Shown: positions 28,377-37,077, counted from the first letter of the stretch. The stretch is DNA of 64,000 nt from an uncultured bacterium (GCA_902777855.1 CACYVN010000005.1:6320-70319), one strand, 5' to 3'. A program made the numbers and translations. The notes: generated by a model not told the origin, from the letters alone.

Positions 28377-28919
28377 ATGTTTGGTTATACAGGTTATAAA
28401 AAATCAGGTTTTACGCTGGCAGAAGTTTTAATTACATTGGGTGTAATCGGGGTTGTAGCTGCAATGACGATTCCGACACTTATGATGAATTATCAAAAAC
28501 AGGTTTGGGAATCCAAACTCAAAAAAACTTTTTCTATTGCAACAAATGCATGTGAACGTATGCTTATTGAAGAAAATGTTTCAAGAGTAAATGAAACTTC
28601 AGTATATGGCGAAGTTTCAAATGACAATTTAAGAACTTATTTCAAACTTATGCAAGATGGACAAGAAGTTAGCGGTAAAGGTTTTTCAATACTATTACCG
28701 GATAGTGCTATTCTGTACCTGAATGCAGAAAACAACGGGTTTACGTTCTATACTGATGTTAACGGAACGGATACAAGACCAAATACAGTCGGTCGTGACG
28801 AATTTGAATTCAGATTAGACCAAAACTGCGCATACGACAGCAACCTTGGAGAAGGAGCTTCAGCTGCCGCAACAGCATTTAAAAATGTAGTAGAAAATGA
28901 CTGGAAAATTCCTAACTAA
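28377..28919 (+). CDS. Prepilin-type N-terminal cleavage/methylation domain protein (type IV pilin-like)
   Basis: Leader ...KKSG|FTLAEVLITLGVIGVVAAMTIPTL with Glu at +5. Confidence 0.8.
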   Translation: MFGYTGYKKSGFTLAEVLITLGVIGVVAAMTIPTLMMNYQKQVWESKLKKTFSIATNACERMLIEENVSRVNETSVYGEVSNDNLRTYFKLMQDGQEVSGKGFSILLPDSAILYLNAENNGFTFYTDVNGTDTRPNTVGRDEFEFRLDQNCAYDSNLGEGASAAATAFKNVVENDWKIPN

Positions 28920-28930
28920 GGTTTTAAATT

Positions 28931-29629
28931 ATGAAAAAAGCATTTACATTTTTGGAAGTTATGTTCGGACTTGCTGTTGTAGGCTTAATTAGTGCAATGG
29001 TTATTCCGATATTCTATAATACATACGGTGACAAAGTAATGGGCACACAACTAAAAAGAGCATGTACCCAGATTACACTTGCGACAAAAGAAGTTATGAC
29101 AGATGAAAGATCTGATGATACAATGACTTTAGATGCGGAGGAAGAAGAAGCCGACACAGAACGGGGGTTTTATTACACTACTGCCGGAGTAAAAACCTCA
29201 AATGCTACACAGGGGGCACAATATTTTCTTAATAAATATTTTAAGCATTCAAAAGTTAATTGCGGTCCCGGAGGCAGTGCAGATTGTGTCGGAGAAAAAT
29301 ACAGAACACCAAAGAAAAAAAATTTAGGAACAATTCCGGTCGGATTTTATTGTATTAAAACAGTTAATGCAGCTGCAATATGTATGAAGTTTGATGCAGA
29401 TGAAAAAGTAACAAAAGTAATAGTAGATGTAAACGGGGCGGACAAGCCAAACATAACAGGTTCCGATACATTTGTTATGTATATTACAAATGACGGGAAC
29501 TTAAAAGATTTAGACGAGAATGCTGATAACTGTAATAAAGACAGAGAAAGCGGAGATTCAATTTTAGATTACGGCGCCGGATGTTTCTCCAAAGTCGTTA
29601 CTAACGGTTGGGCTATGCCAAAAGAATAA
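28931..29629 (+). CDS. Pilin-like protein with degenerate prepilin N-terminus
   Basis: MKKA|FTFLEVMFGLAVVGLISAMVIP. Glu at +5 is retained, and Ala replaces the usual Gly at -1. Confidence 0.6.
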   Translation: MKKAFTFLEVMFGLAVVGLISAMVIPIFYNTYGDKVMGTQLKRACTQITLATKEVMTDERSDDTMTLDAEEEEADTERGFYYTTAGVKTSNATQGAQYFLNKYFKHSKVNCGPGGSADCVGEKYRTPKKKNLGTIPVGFYCIKTVNAAAICMKFDADEKVTKVIVDVNGADKPNITGSDTFVMYITNDGNLKDLDENADNCNKDRESGDSILDYGAGCFSKVVTNGWAMPKE

Positions 29630-29632
29630 TTA

Positions 29633-31099
29633 TTAGACCTCATCACCTAACAGCTTGCAAAGAGTAGCATAATTAACTCTTTTACCGTTTTGGTTTGTGT
29701 AAAAATACTTAGTTTCTCCGATATCATCATTATGAATAATAAACTCTTTTCCGATTAGTTTATTCCCCGGAGTTTTAAATATATTTATACTTTTGAAAAT
29801 ATCTTTTAGCGTCTGCTTTAAATGTTCTATATGATATATTTCTGTCCCTTTTGCATCTTTAACTATTGTTTTTAGACAACCAGACTCATCATTTATATAA
29901 TCTTTTGTAAATTTCACATTATCTTTTGAATCTTTTTCCACATATTTAGTTATCAAATCATTTTTATCATAAAACGTTTCCATTTTCACGTCTTCATAAA
30001 TTTCGGAAAATTTAATCAGATTATTATTTTTATCGTATTCATATATGTTTTTATAAGAACCTAAACTGTCATAATAAGTTATTTGGGAAATTTTTAAAGA
30101 TTTATTCGGATAATATGAATTTATTGTTTGTTCAATGAGTTTATCATTTTGATTATAAACAGATTCTTTTATAAGCAAATTGTCTTTATTATACACATAT
30201 TTTGATGTTTGAATGTTTTTACCGGATGCACCTAACCTTCGGGATTGAATAATGTTACCTTTATTATCGAAAGTATTTTCCGTAAACCATTTACCGTCAC
30301 ATTCGCTGAAAATTTCTCTTATCTTGTTGCCATAATTATCATACATCGTTTTTTTATCATATGACCATTGGTTGTTATCACCCTTAATCCTTGTCCAAAT
30401 CGGATTTCCGTTTTTATCAACAAGATAATTTAATTCTGCCCTTGTTTGTCCGGCTGCATCAGTGTAAATTCCTTTGAAATTATGTCCATCCTGAACTATT
30501 ACAGACATTCCGCCATGCTTCAAATCTCTTATAATTGTTTTATCCACTACTCCGTTATTAAGAATTGGGTCTCCCTGCAAATACCTGAGCTGTATCCGCC
30601 CTGCACCCGTGTAATTAGCTTGATTTAAAAAATATCTCGTATCTACACTGATATTATCAAAGTATTTTATAAACCCGAAAATTAACTTTGGAGAAACAAC
30701 ATATTTAATCAGTCTGTCTGAAACATCAAATGTTTTTCCTATTACATCATTGATTTTTTCTTCTCTGGTATATTCAAGTCCGATATTATGTTTTATCTCT
30801 TTAACAAATACATCTTTACCGTCTTTTTTTACATTAATTAACCTGCCATTCTTATCATATTCATATGTCCTGAGCCTTATATTATTAAAATTCCCTGAAG
30901 AAGCACTTTTTAAAAGACCTTTTTCATAATCAAGAAACAATTTTTTACCACTGTCAAGTGTAGTAAAAAAATTCCCGGTATATTTTCTCGCACCTTTGAG
31001 TAATATTTTTCCGTCGTATTTAAAAGATTTATCCAAAGAGTTTATTCTAAGCATGTTTTGTATAAAACACATAAATAAAAAATTTGCGGAGTAAATCAT
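29633..31099 (-). CDS. YD/RHS-repeat-like protein
   Basis: Repeated YxYDxxG(R/N)(L/I) units: YEYDKNGRLI, YDNYGNKI, FDNKGNII, YEYDKNNNLI, FYDKNDLI. The start is uncertain (M1 or M16). Confidence 0.6.
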   Translation of the reverse strand: MIYSANFLFMCFIQNMLRINSLDKSFKYDGKILLKGARKYTGNFFTTLDSGKKLFLDYEKGLLKSASSGNFNNIRLRTYEYDKNGRLINVKKDGKDVFVKEIKHNIGLEYTREEKINDVIGKTFDVSDRLIKYVVSPKLIFGFIKYFDNISVDTRYFLNQANYTGAGRIQLRYLQGDPILNNGVVDKTIIRDLKHGGMSVIVQDGHNFKGIYTDAAGQTRAELNYLVDKNGNPIWTRIKGDNNQWSYDKKTMYDNYGNKIREIFSECDGKWFTENTFDNKGNIIQSRRLGASGKNIQTSKYVYNKDNLLIKESVYNQNDKLIEQTINSYYPNKSLKISQITYYDSLGSYKNIYEYDKNNNLIKFSEIYEDVKMETFYDKNDLITKYVEKDSKDNVKFTKDYINDESGCLKTIVKDAKGTEIYHIEHLKQTLKDIFKSINIFKTPGNKLIGKEFIIHNDDIGETKYFYTNQNGKRVNYATLCKLLGDEV

Positions 31100-31107
31100 A
31101 TTCCGCT

Positions 31108-31680
31108 TTATTTTTGCATAGCGAATTTACATCCGCAGTAATTTTGGCGATATAAGTTCAATTCTTTTGAAATTTGGTTTGTTTTCGAAAATCCGTCATT
31201 CTTTCTGAAATTGAAAGGTAAATATTTTAAATCGTAGCGTGAAGCGACTTGCTCTCCTATTTTTGACAGTTTTTCATAGTTTTTATGCGGACTAATAACT
31301 ATTGAAGTCGTAAATTCTTCAATTCCGAGTTCTTTCGCTTTCATTGCAGACCTGTCAAGTCTGAGTTCAAAACACTTGTCGCATCTTGCTCCTTTTTCAG
31401 GCTCATTTTCAAGGCCTTTGACAAATTCATAATACACATCAGGTTCATAATCTCCGATAAGGAGTTCACAACCCAAATGAGAACAAAGAGTCTTTTCAGC
31501 TTCAAGACGTTTTTGGTATTCTTCTTGCGGAAAAATATTAGGATTATAAAAATAAACAGTAACGGAATATCCCATATCTTGTAATAAAGATATGGGATAA
31601 CCTGAACATATACCGCAGCATGCGTGCAGCAAAATATTTTTATCTGAATAATTTAATTTTTGGTTTTGCGCCATTTTCAA
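31108..31680 (-). CDS. queH: Epoxyqueuosine reductase QueH (DUF208)
   Basis: LLHACCGICS, RCDKCFELRL, YRQNYCGCKF Cys motifs of DUF208. 190 aa. Confidence 0.85.
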   Translation of the reverse strand: MKMAQNQKLNYSDKNILLHACCGICSGYPISLLQDMGYSVTVYFYNPNIFPQEEYQKRLEAEKTLCSHLGCELLIGDYEPDVYYEFVKGLENEPEKGARCDKCFELRLDRSAMKAKELGIEEFTTSIVISPHKNYEKLSKIGEQVASRYDLKYLPFNFRKNDGFSKTNQISKELNLYRQNYCGCKFAMQK

Positions 31681-32869
31681 TTAACCATTGTTTTAATTCC
31701 GGATATGGTTTTACACCCATCTGGAAATCATTTCCGATTTTCAGGGAAGGAGTCCCTACCATACCTTTAGAAAATGCAAAATCTATATCCTTGTTTATTA
31801 CATCCGCAACTTCTTTTGAATTTGCATCTTTTTTAAGTTGATCAAAATTAAGTTTTATTCCTGATTCTTTTAAATTTTTAAGAATATCTTGTTCTGTTGA
31901 TGCCGGTTTTTCAAACAACACATTTTCTACTTCCCAGAATTTCCCCTGTTTTTCTGCCGCCAAGCCATATTTTGCACTAATACATGATCCGATGTGAAAA
32001 TCTTCTGTCATATATTTATTACACGCTTTATCTAAAGGCATATTATGGTGTTCAACACGAACATTTTTAAAATCCGTTACGACTTTGTGAACCATAAGAT
32101 TTGCGGTACTGCAAATAGGGCACATATAATCTGAATAAACTTCCAATACAACAGCATCTTTATCTTTTGAGCCCAAAACGTTACCTTCTACCGCATAAAT
32201 ATTGGTTTTCATATTGAGAAATTCTCCAAATGCTCTGTAACCTTTCAATGCAGGTGAAAATTTTGCACTCGTAAATGTCCATGATAGAAATCCAGTAGCA
32301 AGGGCAACTACAATAATAAATGCTATTCTGTATGGTATTGGTTTCAAAGCATCAACAAAATCAATCCAGCTTTGTCTGATTGCACCAATAAAATGTCCTT
32401 TTAATCCTGCTGCAGCAATCAAACCGATTAAAAAATTCAGTAAATAAGTAACAAGACACATTACACAAAGTTTTTTGATTTCAAAATAACTCACGGCAAA
32501 TAATGTCATTGAAATTATAAATGAAATTAAACCCAATGCAGCTATATAATGAAACTTATTTTTGAATACTTCCATAAATTTCAGGAACGGAATTTTTTTG
32601 AGTCCGTCAACCATTAACATAAGTCCCATAAACAGATACAGGAACAATCCCCAGTAAGCCAAAGGAACGCCTAAGAATTGTGATTCAACTGTTCTTGCAA
32701 CACCATCACAGTCGATAAAATCATTTATCGAACAAAAACTCGGTAATGCATGTTCGTTAAAATTCGCCTGAAAATAGATATATGCCAAATCTATAGTTAC
32801 TCCAATTCCTATTAATACAAGGAATGCGATAATGATTGTTTTCCATAAATGTTTTTTGTTCTCTTCCAT
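31640..32869 (-). CDS. Vitamin K epoxide reductase (VKOR) fused to a thioredoxin/DsbA-like domain
   Basis: N-terminal polytopic VKOR with a loop Cys pair (CSINDFIDC) and CVMC in a TM helix. C-terminal DsbA-like domain with CPIC. Confidence 0.8.
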   Translation of the reverse strand: MEENKKHLWKTIIIAFLVLIGIGVTIDLAYIYFQANFNEHALPSFCSINDFIDCDGVARTVESQFLGVPLAYWGLFLYLFMGLMLMVDGLKKIPFLKFMEVFKNKFHYIAALGLISFIISMTLFAVSYFEIKKLCVMCLVTYLLNFLIGLIAAAGLKGHFIGAIRQSWIDFVDALKPIPYRIAFIIVVALATGFLSWTFTSAKFSPALKGYRAFGEFLNMKTNIYAVEGNVLGSKDKDAVVLEVYSDYMCPICSTANLMVHKVVTDFKNVRVEHHNMPLDKACNKYMTEDFHIGSCISAKYGLAAEKQGKFWEVENVLFEKPASTEQDILKNLKESGIKLNFDQLKKDANSKEVADVINKDIDFAFSKGMVGTPSLKIGNDFQMGVKPYPELKQWLIENGAKPKIKLFR

Positions 32870-32956
32870 GGTATTTCTCCCTTACTAACAATTAAATATT
32901 ACCCGTTAAATATAAATTAATCAACTAATTTTTCATAATTGTGATATAATTCAAAT

Positions 32957-34744
32957 ATGGAGAAGAAGCATAAGCAGGGATTCACTACCCAGAACCGTTT
33001 AATAATTTTTGGTCTTGTATTCAGTACATTGCTTATTATGGCAATTGCAATATTTTCATCTGTTAATATCCAGAAAAATCTTAATATGAGTTATCATGGT
33101 TTCGGACAGGTTATTTCAAAAACTCTCGCAGTTGAGAGTTCTGATTTGATTAAAAATACTGACGAAAAACAAAAAAAAGATATTTTGAAAACTCATTCTG
33201 ATTTGATACTAAATTCAAACAAAGACATAGTATTTATCGAATTTCGGGATAACAACGGTAAATCTATTTATAAATCAAGTAATAAAAATATTGGTAAAAA
33301 TGAAAAATCAAATATTTCCGTATCTTCTCCAATGAAAAATAACCAAACAGGGGAAAATATCGGTTCGGTTACCGTGGGACTTTCCGGAAGTATTGCAGAT
33401 AAATTATCTTCAACTACAAGAGCAACAATGCTTTTTGTTTTCACGATTATCTGGCTTGTGTTTGCTTTTGTTGTTTTAATCAATACATACTTAATAACAA
33501 GAGAACTAAAAATTTTAAGAGATGGAGTAAAACGCATCTCTTCAAAAGAATTTGGAGTAAAAATAGAAAGCCAAGATGTCAGCGAAGAAGTACAGGAACT
33601 TTTTAATGCATTTAATGACATGTCAAATAAACTCCATCTGTACGAAGAATCAAATGTTGAACAACTGACGTTAGAAAGAAATAAACTTCAGGCTGTGTTA
33701 ATGAGTATTGCAAACGGAGTTATAGTTTGTGATAACAATGATAATGTCACATTAATAAACGCTCACGCAAAAGAACTTTTAGAATTACAGGATAATCAAC
33801 TGCTCAATACAAATATAAAGAATTATGTCGATTCCGACGGGAATTTCTGCTTCAATGAAAAAATCGACGAATACAAACAGCTTTCACTCGAAGAAAGAGC
33901 CTCAAAACCTGTCATTTTCAATATCAAATTGGATGATAAGACTTTGAAATCAATTATTTCGCCGATGTTTACCCAGAGCCACGATTATGTCGGATATATT
34001 ATCGTAATGATTGATGTAACCCGAGAAACAGAAATGGATATGATGAAGTCACACTTCATATCAAATGTTTCGCATGAACTTCGCACCCCTGTTACGGTGT
34101 TGAGAAGTTATATTGACACCTTGTACGATATGGGCAGTGAATTTGATTTTGAATCCCAGAAAGAATTTATCGAAACATTACACACGGAAATTGTCAGACT
34201 TCAAAACATGGTCAATGATATTCTTGATTTTTCAAGACTCGATTCGAACGCAAAAATTGAAAAAAGCGAAAATGATCTTTCCCAACTTGTTGATTACTGC
34301 GTAAATGAAGTTCAGACCTTGCTTAAAGATCATCATTTAAGGATTGAAGTTGAAAAAGACGATAATCTCCCAATGGTAAATTGTAATTATGATTCTATCG
34401 CAAGAGCTTTGACCAATTACTTATCAAACGCTATAAAATATGCTCCTGACAATTCCGCTATCAAAGTAAGATTATACCGTGATAACAGCGAGGTAGTATT
34501 GACGGTAAGAGATGAAGGAATAGGAATTGCGCCTGAATTCCAGAAAAAAGTTTTTGAAAGATTTTACCGTGTAGAAAATAAAACTCATAGTGTTAAAGGT
34601 ACCGGTTTAGGTCTGCATCTTGTAAAAACCACCATTGAAAAACACCATCACGGGCACGTATTTGTTAATTCAGTTCCCGAACACGGTTCAACTTTTGGGT
34701 TTACACTTCCGATTGATGATAGTGCAGAAGATGATTTAGTTTAG
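32957..34744 (+). CDS. Sensor histidine kinase (TM-HAMP-PAS-HisKA-HATPase)
   Basis: Two TM helices. H-box SHELRTPVT. N-box NYLSNAIKY. G-boxes DEGIGI / GTGLGLHLVK. Confidence 0.9.
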   Translation: MEKKHKQGFTTQNRLIIFGLVFSTLLIMAIAIFSSVNIQKNLNMSYHGFGQVISKTLAVESSDLIKNTDEKQKKDILKTHSDLILNSNKDIVFIEFRDNNGKSIYKSSNKNIGKNEKSNISVSSPMKNNQTGENIGSVTVGLSGSIADKLSSTTRATMLFVFTIIWLVFAFVVLINTYLITRELKILRDGVKRISSKEFGVKIESQDVSEEVQELFNAFNDMSNKLHLYEESNVEQLTLERNKLQAVLMSIANGVIVCDNNDNVTLINAHAKELLELQDNQLLNTNIKNYVDSDGNFCFNEKIDEYKQLSLEERASKPVIFNIKLDDKTLKSIISPMFTQSHDYVGYIIVMIDVTRETEMDMMKSHFISNVSHELRTPVTVLRSYIDTLYDMGSEFDFESQKEFIETLHTEIVRLQNMVNDILDFSRLDSNAKIEKSENDLSQLVDYCVNEVQTLLKDHHLRIEVEKDDNLPMVNCNYDSIARALTNYLSNAIKYAPDNSAIKVRLYRDNSEVVLTVRDEGIGIAPEFQKKVFERFYRVENKTHSVKGTGLGLHLVKTTIEKHHHGHVFVNSVPEHGSTFGFTLPIDDSAEDDLV

Positions 34745-34798
34745 TTTTTCATTTGTCTGTATGACGAAATATTTTTCAAAATTCATTATAATTTCGTT

Positions 34799-35506
34799 AT
34801 GAATATTATCAGAAAAATTATAAGAATTTGCGCTCTATATTCAAAAAAAAGACGCTTAAAAAAAATGTTAAAAACTTATAATACGACAAGTGCTGGCAAT
34901 GATTTGTCAAAAACTATCATATCTGACGGAGCGAATGTTACAATTAATTCCAAATCAAAAGAACTGGCTTCACAAGTTGAGCAGAATATAAAAGCTATAG
35001 TAAACCGGACAAATTGCGACGGAGAAAAGCTTTTGGGGTATGTCAGGGCATCCGGAACAAATATTTATACAGTACCGAATGCAGAGAAATTACTCAAAAA
35101 TATAGGAGAAGAAGAAGGTTTAATCTGTGAAAAAAGAGGTTTTGATGCTTTGTATCTGTCTTTTATTACAATGAGCGGATTAAAATTAAAAACCGACCCA
35201 ATGTTTATATTCGGAAAGAAAAATCCTGAACGGTATTTGGTTTTATACAATTTTTACAAATGGTATTCAATGAAAGCAGGATTAGGCGGCTTTGAATATG
35301 ATATTGTAAAAAAATACAATAAATTTATGAAAAATATAAACAAGGCTGATGTAAACAAATTACCTTTGAATGACATTATCGGTTTGCAGGAAGCAATCGC
35401 AAGGGATAGCGAAGCAACAGATTTTGTATTGAATTACGAAAAAGAGAACGAAGTTGCAAAAAAAGTAAGCGAAAAAATTTCACAAGACGGTGGAGCAAGT
35501 GTTTAA
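34799..35506 (+). CDS. Hypothetical protein
   Basis: 235-aa ORF. No recognisable domain. Confidence 0.5.
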   Translation: MNIIRKIIRICALYSKKRRLKKMLKTYNTTSAGNDLSKTIISDGANVTINSKSKELASQVEQNIKAIVNRTNCDGEKLLGYVRASGTNIYTVPNAEKLLKNIGEEEGLICEKRGFDALYLSFITMSGLKLKTDPMFIFGKKNPERYLVLYNFYKWYSMKAGLGGFEYDIVKKYNKFMKNINKADVNKLPLNDIIGLQEAIARDSEATDFVLNYEKENEVAKKVSEKISQDGGASV

Positions 35507-35514
35507 AAAAAATG

Positions 35515-35543
35515 TTGACAATGAAATTTGTTCTTGTTAGGAT
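35515..35543 (+). promoter_or_regulatory. Putative sigma-70 promoter of tRNA-Lys
   Basis: TTGACA (35515-35520), 17-nt spacer, TAGGAT (35538-35543), about 40 nt upstream of the tRNA. Confidence 0.45.
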
Positions 35544-35585
35544 GGATTTACACGGGTTAAGCCGAGTTAAATGAATAGCAAATAA

Positions 35586-35658
35586 GCGCTTGTAGCTCAG
35601 CAGGTAGAGCACTCCCCTTTTAAGGGATAGGTCGCGCGTTCGAATCGCGCCAAGCGCA
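35586..35658 (+). tRNA. tRNA-Lys (anticodon UUU)
   Basis: GCGCTTG TA GCTC AGCAGGTA GAGC A CTCCC CTTTTAA GGGAT AGGTC GCGCG TTCGAAT CGCGC CAAGCGC A. 73 nt. CCA is not encoded. Confidence 0.92.
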
Positions 35659-35662
35659 TATT

Positions 35663-35694
35663 AAAAGAGATAACCTTTATGGTTATCTCTTTTA
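35663..35694 (+). terminator. Intrinsic terminator of tRNA-Lys
   Basis: agagataacc-tttat-ggttatctct 10-bp stem followed by a T-run. Confidence 0.8.
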
Positions 35695-35697
35695 ATA

Positions 35698-35880
35698 TAT
35701 GTTTGACGACGAATTGAATGCACTTGCGTTCGAGCGAGGGGCGAGCAGAGGGCGAAGCAGATTTTGCTTGTGGCTTGAAGCCACTTAAAGCAAAATGCGT
35801 AGTCCCGTTTATTGCGAGCCCCTCAAGACAATCGCGCCAAGCGCAAAATAAAAAGGATAGATTTTTCTATCCTTTTTATT
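35698..35880 (+). repeat. Cassette A: GC-rich body, then a 16-nt copy of the tRNA-Lys T-loop-to-3'-end (35830-35845), then its own terminator (35851-35880)
   Basis: AATCGCGCCAAGCGCA is identical to 35643-35658. Terminator aggatag-attttt-ctatcct plus a T-run. The body contains a 9+5-bp hairpin at 35761-35795. Confidence 0.8.
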
Positions 35881-36220
35881 TTTGTTTAGGTAGCGATGAG
35901 AACGCCGTTTTGCGTTCGGCGGATTTTGACAATAGTGAAGTGAGCGACAGGTTACAAAATAAAAAGTTTGCGAAAACATCAATCTGTCTGAAGGACAAGT
36001 GAGCAAACTTTTTCGTGTGGATTTGATATTGATATAAGCGAAAGGAACTATTATGGTGAAAGGTTTGATGGAGCGACTGTTTATGCGTTCAGCATAAACA
36101 AAGCGGAATGCTAAAACCTTGAACTGTCAAAATCCAAGACAATATATTAAAATTTGCGCGCCCCTCAAGACAATCGCGCCAAGCGCAAAATAAAAGAGGT
36201 CATAGTGACCTCTTTTATTT
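35881..36220 (+). repeat. Cassette B: about 290-nt body, then a 16-nt tRNA-Lys 3'-end copy (36172-36187), then its own terminator (36192-36220)
   Basis: The last roughly 40 nt (gcgcgcccctcaagacaatcgcgccaagcgcaaaataaaa) are nearly identical to the end of cassette A. The terminator stem differs (gaggtca-tag-tgacctc). Confidence 0.8.
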
Positions 36221-36367
36221 TGTGGATTTGCAAAGTTTCAAACGTAAATGTGCGTTCGGAACAAGCGAGGCAAAGCCGGAACGGTTTTGCTTGTGGAACA
36301 CTTGCCACTAAAGGCAAAACGTGGAGTGCTGTCGATGGCGAGCAAAGTAATTAATCGCGCCAAGCGA
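36221..36367 (+). repeat. Cassette C: body homologous to cassette A, then a 14/16-nt tRNA-Lys 3'-end copy (36353-36366), no terminator
   Basis: tgcgttcgg..agcgagg..gttttgcttgtgg..ccactaaaggcaaaac..gcgagc aligns with cassette A. It ends in aatcgcgccaagcgA. Confidence 0.75.
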
Positions 36368-36395
36368 TAATTTGGACAAAAATTGCACACTACAC

Positions 36396-36953
36396 CTATA
36401 TCTCAATATATTTTCTTGCACATTCAAGCATAGAATTTAAAAGTGCAGCGTTTGAAGTTAAATTCATTCCATTAATTTCAAGCACCTGTTTAATGCGATC
36501 TTCCCAGAGATTATAAATATCTGTTCTGTCTAAATCAAGTATTTCACCTATCATTAGCAATTCCTTTAAATCAATCGGCAAAGGATATGCCCCTCTTAGC
36601 ATATCGACAATATGTACACGTTTTTTTCTGGGGAATGATTTCAAAAAATTTACCACACTCATTTTTTTCTGCTTTAAGGTATTTTTTATAAATTCAACAG
36701 AATAATCTTTGAGTATAGGTTCCTGTGGTATCTTATATTCTTCAAATTCTTCAGGAGCAACATCCATAACCGTTGCAATACGTTCTAATGTACTTGAACG
36801 GGTAGAAAACGGTATTGTTTCATCTATCAAATTGTAGACATAAGACAGAGTCACTCCTATCATTTCTGCAAAATCTTTTTTATGCAGAGAATTTTTCTCC
36901 AAAAAATCAATAACCTTTTGTGAACTTTTTTCTTTAGTGGTTTCATTTTTCAT
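36396..36953 (-). CDS. XRE-type helix-turn-helix domain protein
   Basis: KKDFAEMIGVTLSYVYNLIDE HTH near the N-terminus. 185 aa with an unknown C-terminal domain. Confidence 0.65.
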   Translation of the reverse strand: MKNETTKEKSSQKVIDFLEKNSLHKKDFAEMIGVTLSYVYNLIDETIPFSTRSSTLERIATVMDVAPEEFEEYKIPQEPILKDYSVEFIKNTLKQKKMSVVNFLKSFPRKKRVHIVDMLRGAYPLPIDLKELLMIGEILDLDRTDIYNLWEDRIKQVLEINGMNLTSNAALLNSMLECARKYIEI

Positions 36954-37077
36954 AAATTTCTCCTTTAAATTTTTATTTCTTTCAATTTATTTTCAAGTTA
37001 TTATTTTTTTAACCTTAAACTTTCTATATCATTGTGGTAATATTTATTTAGATTAAAATTACAAAAACGAGGATAAA

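Noticed and set aside
35718-36354. ORFs 35718-36002 (+), 35809-36006 (-) and 36154-36354 (+) in the tRNA-Lys downstream region.
   Set aside because: They run straight through intrinsic terminators and tRNA-fragment copies. They have no SD, and their composition simply reflects the GC-rich repeat DNA.
35586-36953. Intact prophage or genomic island integrated at tRNA-Lys, with the XRE-like gene at 36396-36953 as its repressor.
   Set aside because: There is no integrase, excisionase, replication, structural or cargo genes. pth follows immediately, so at most a fully decayed remnant is present.
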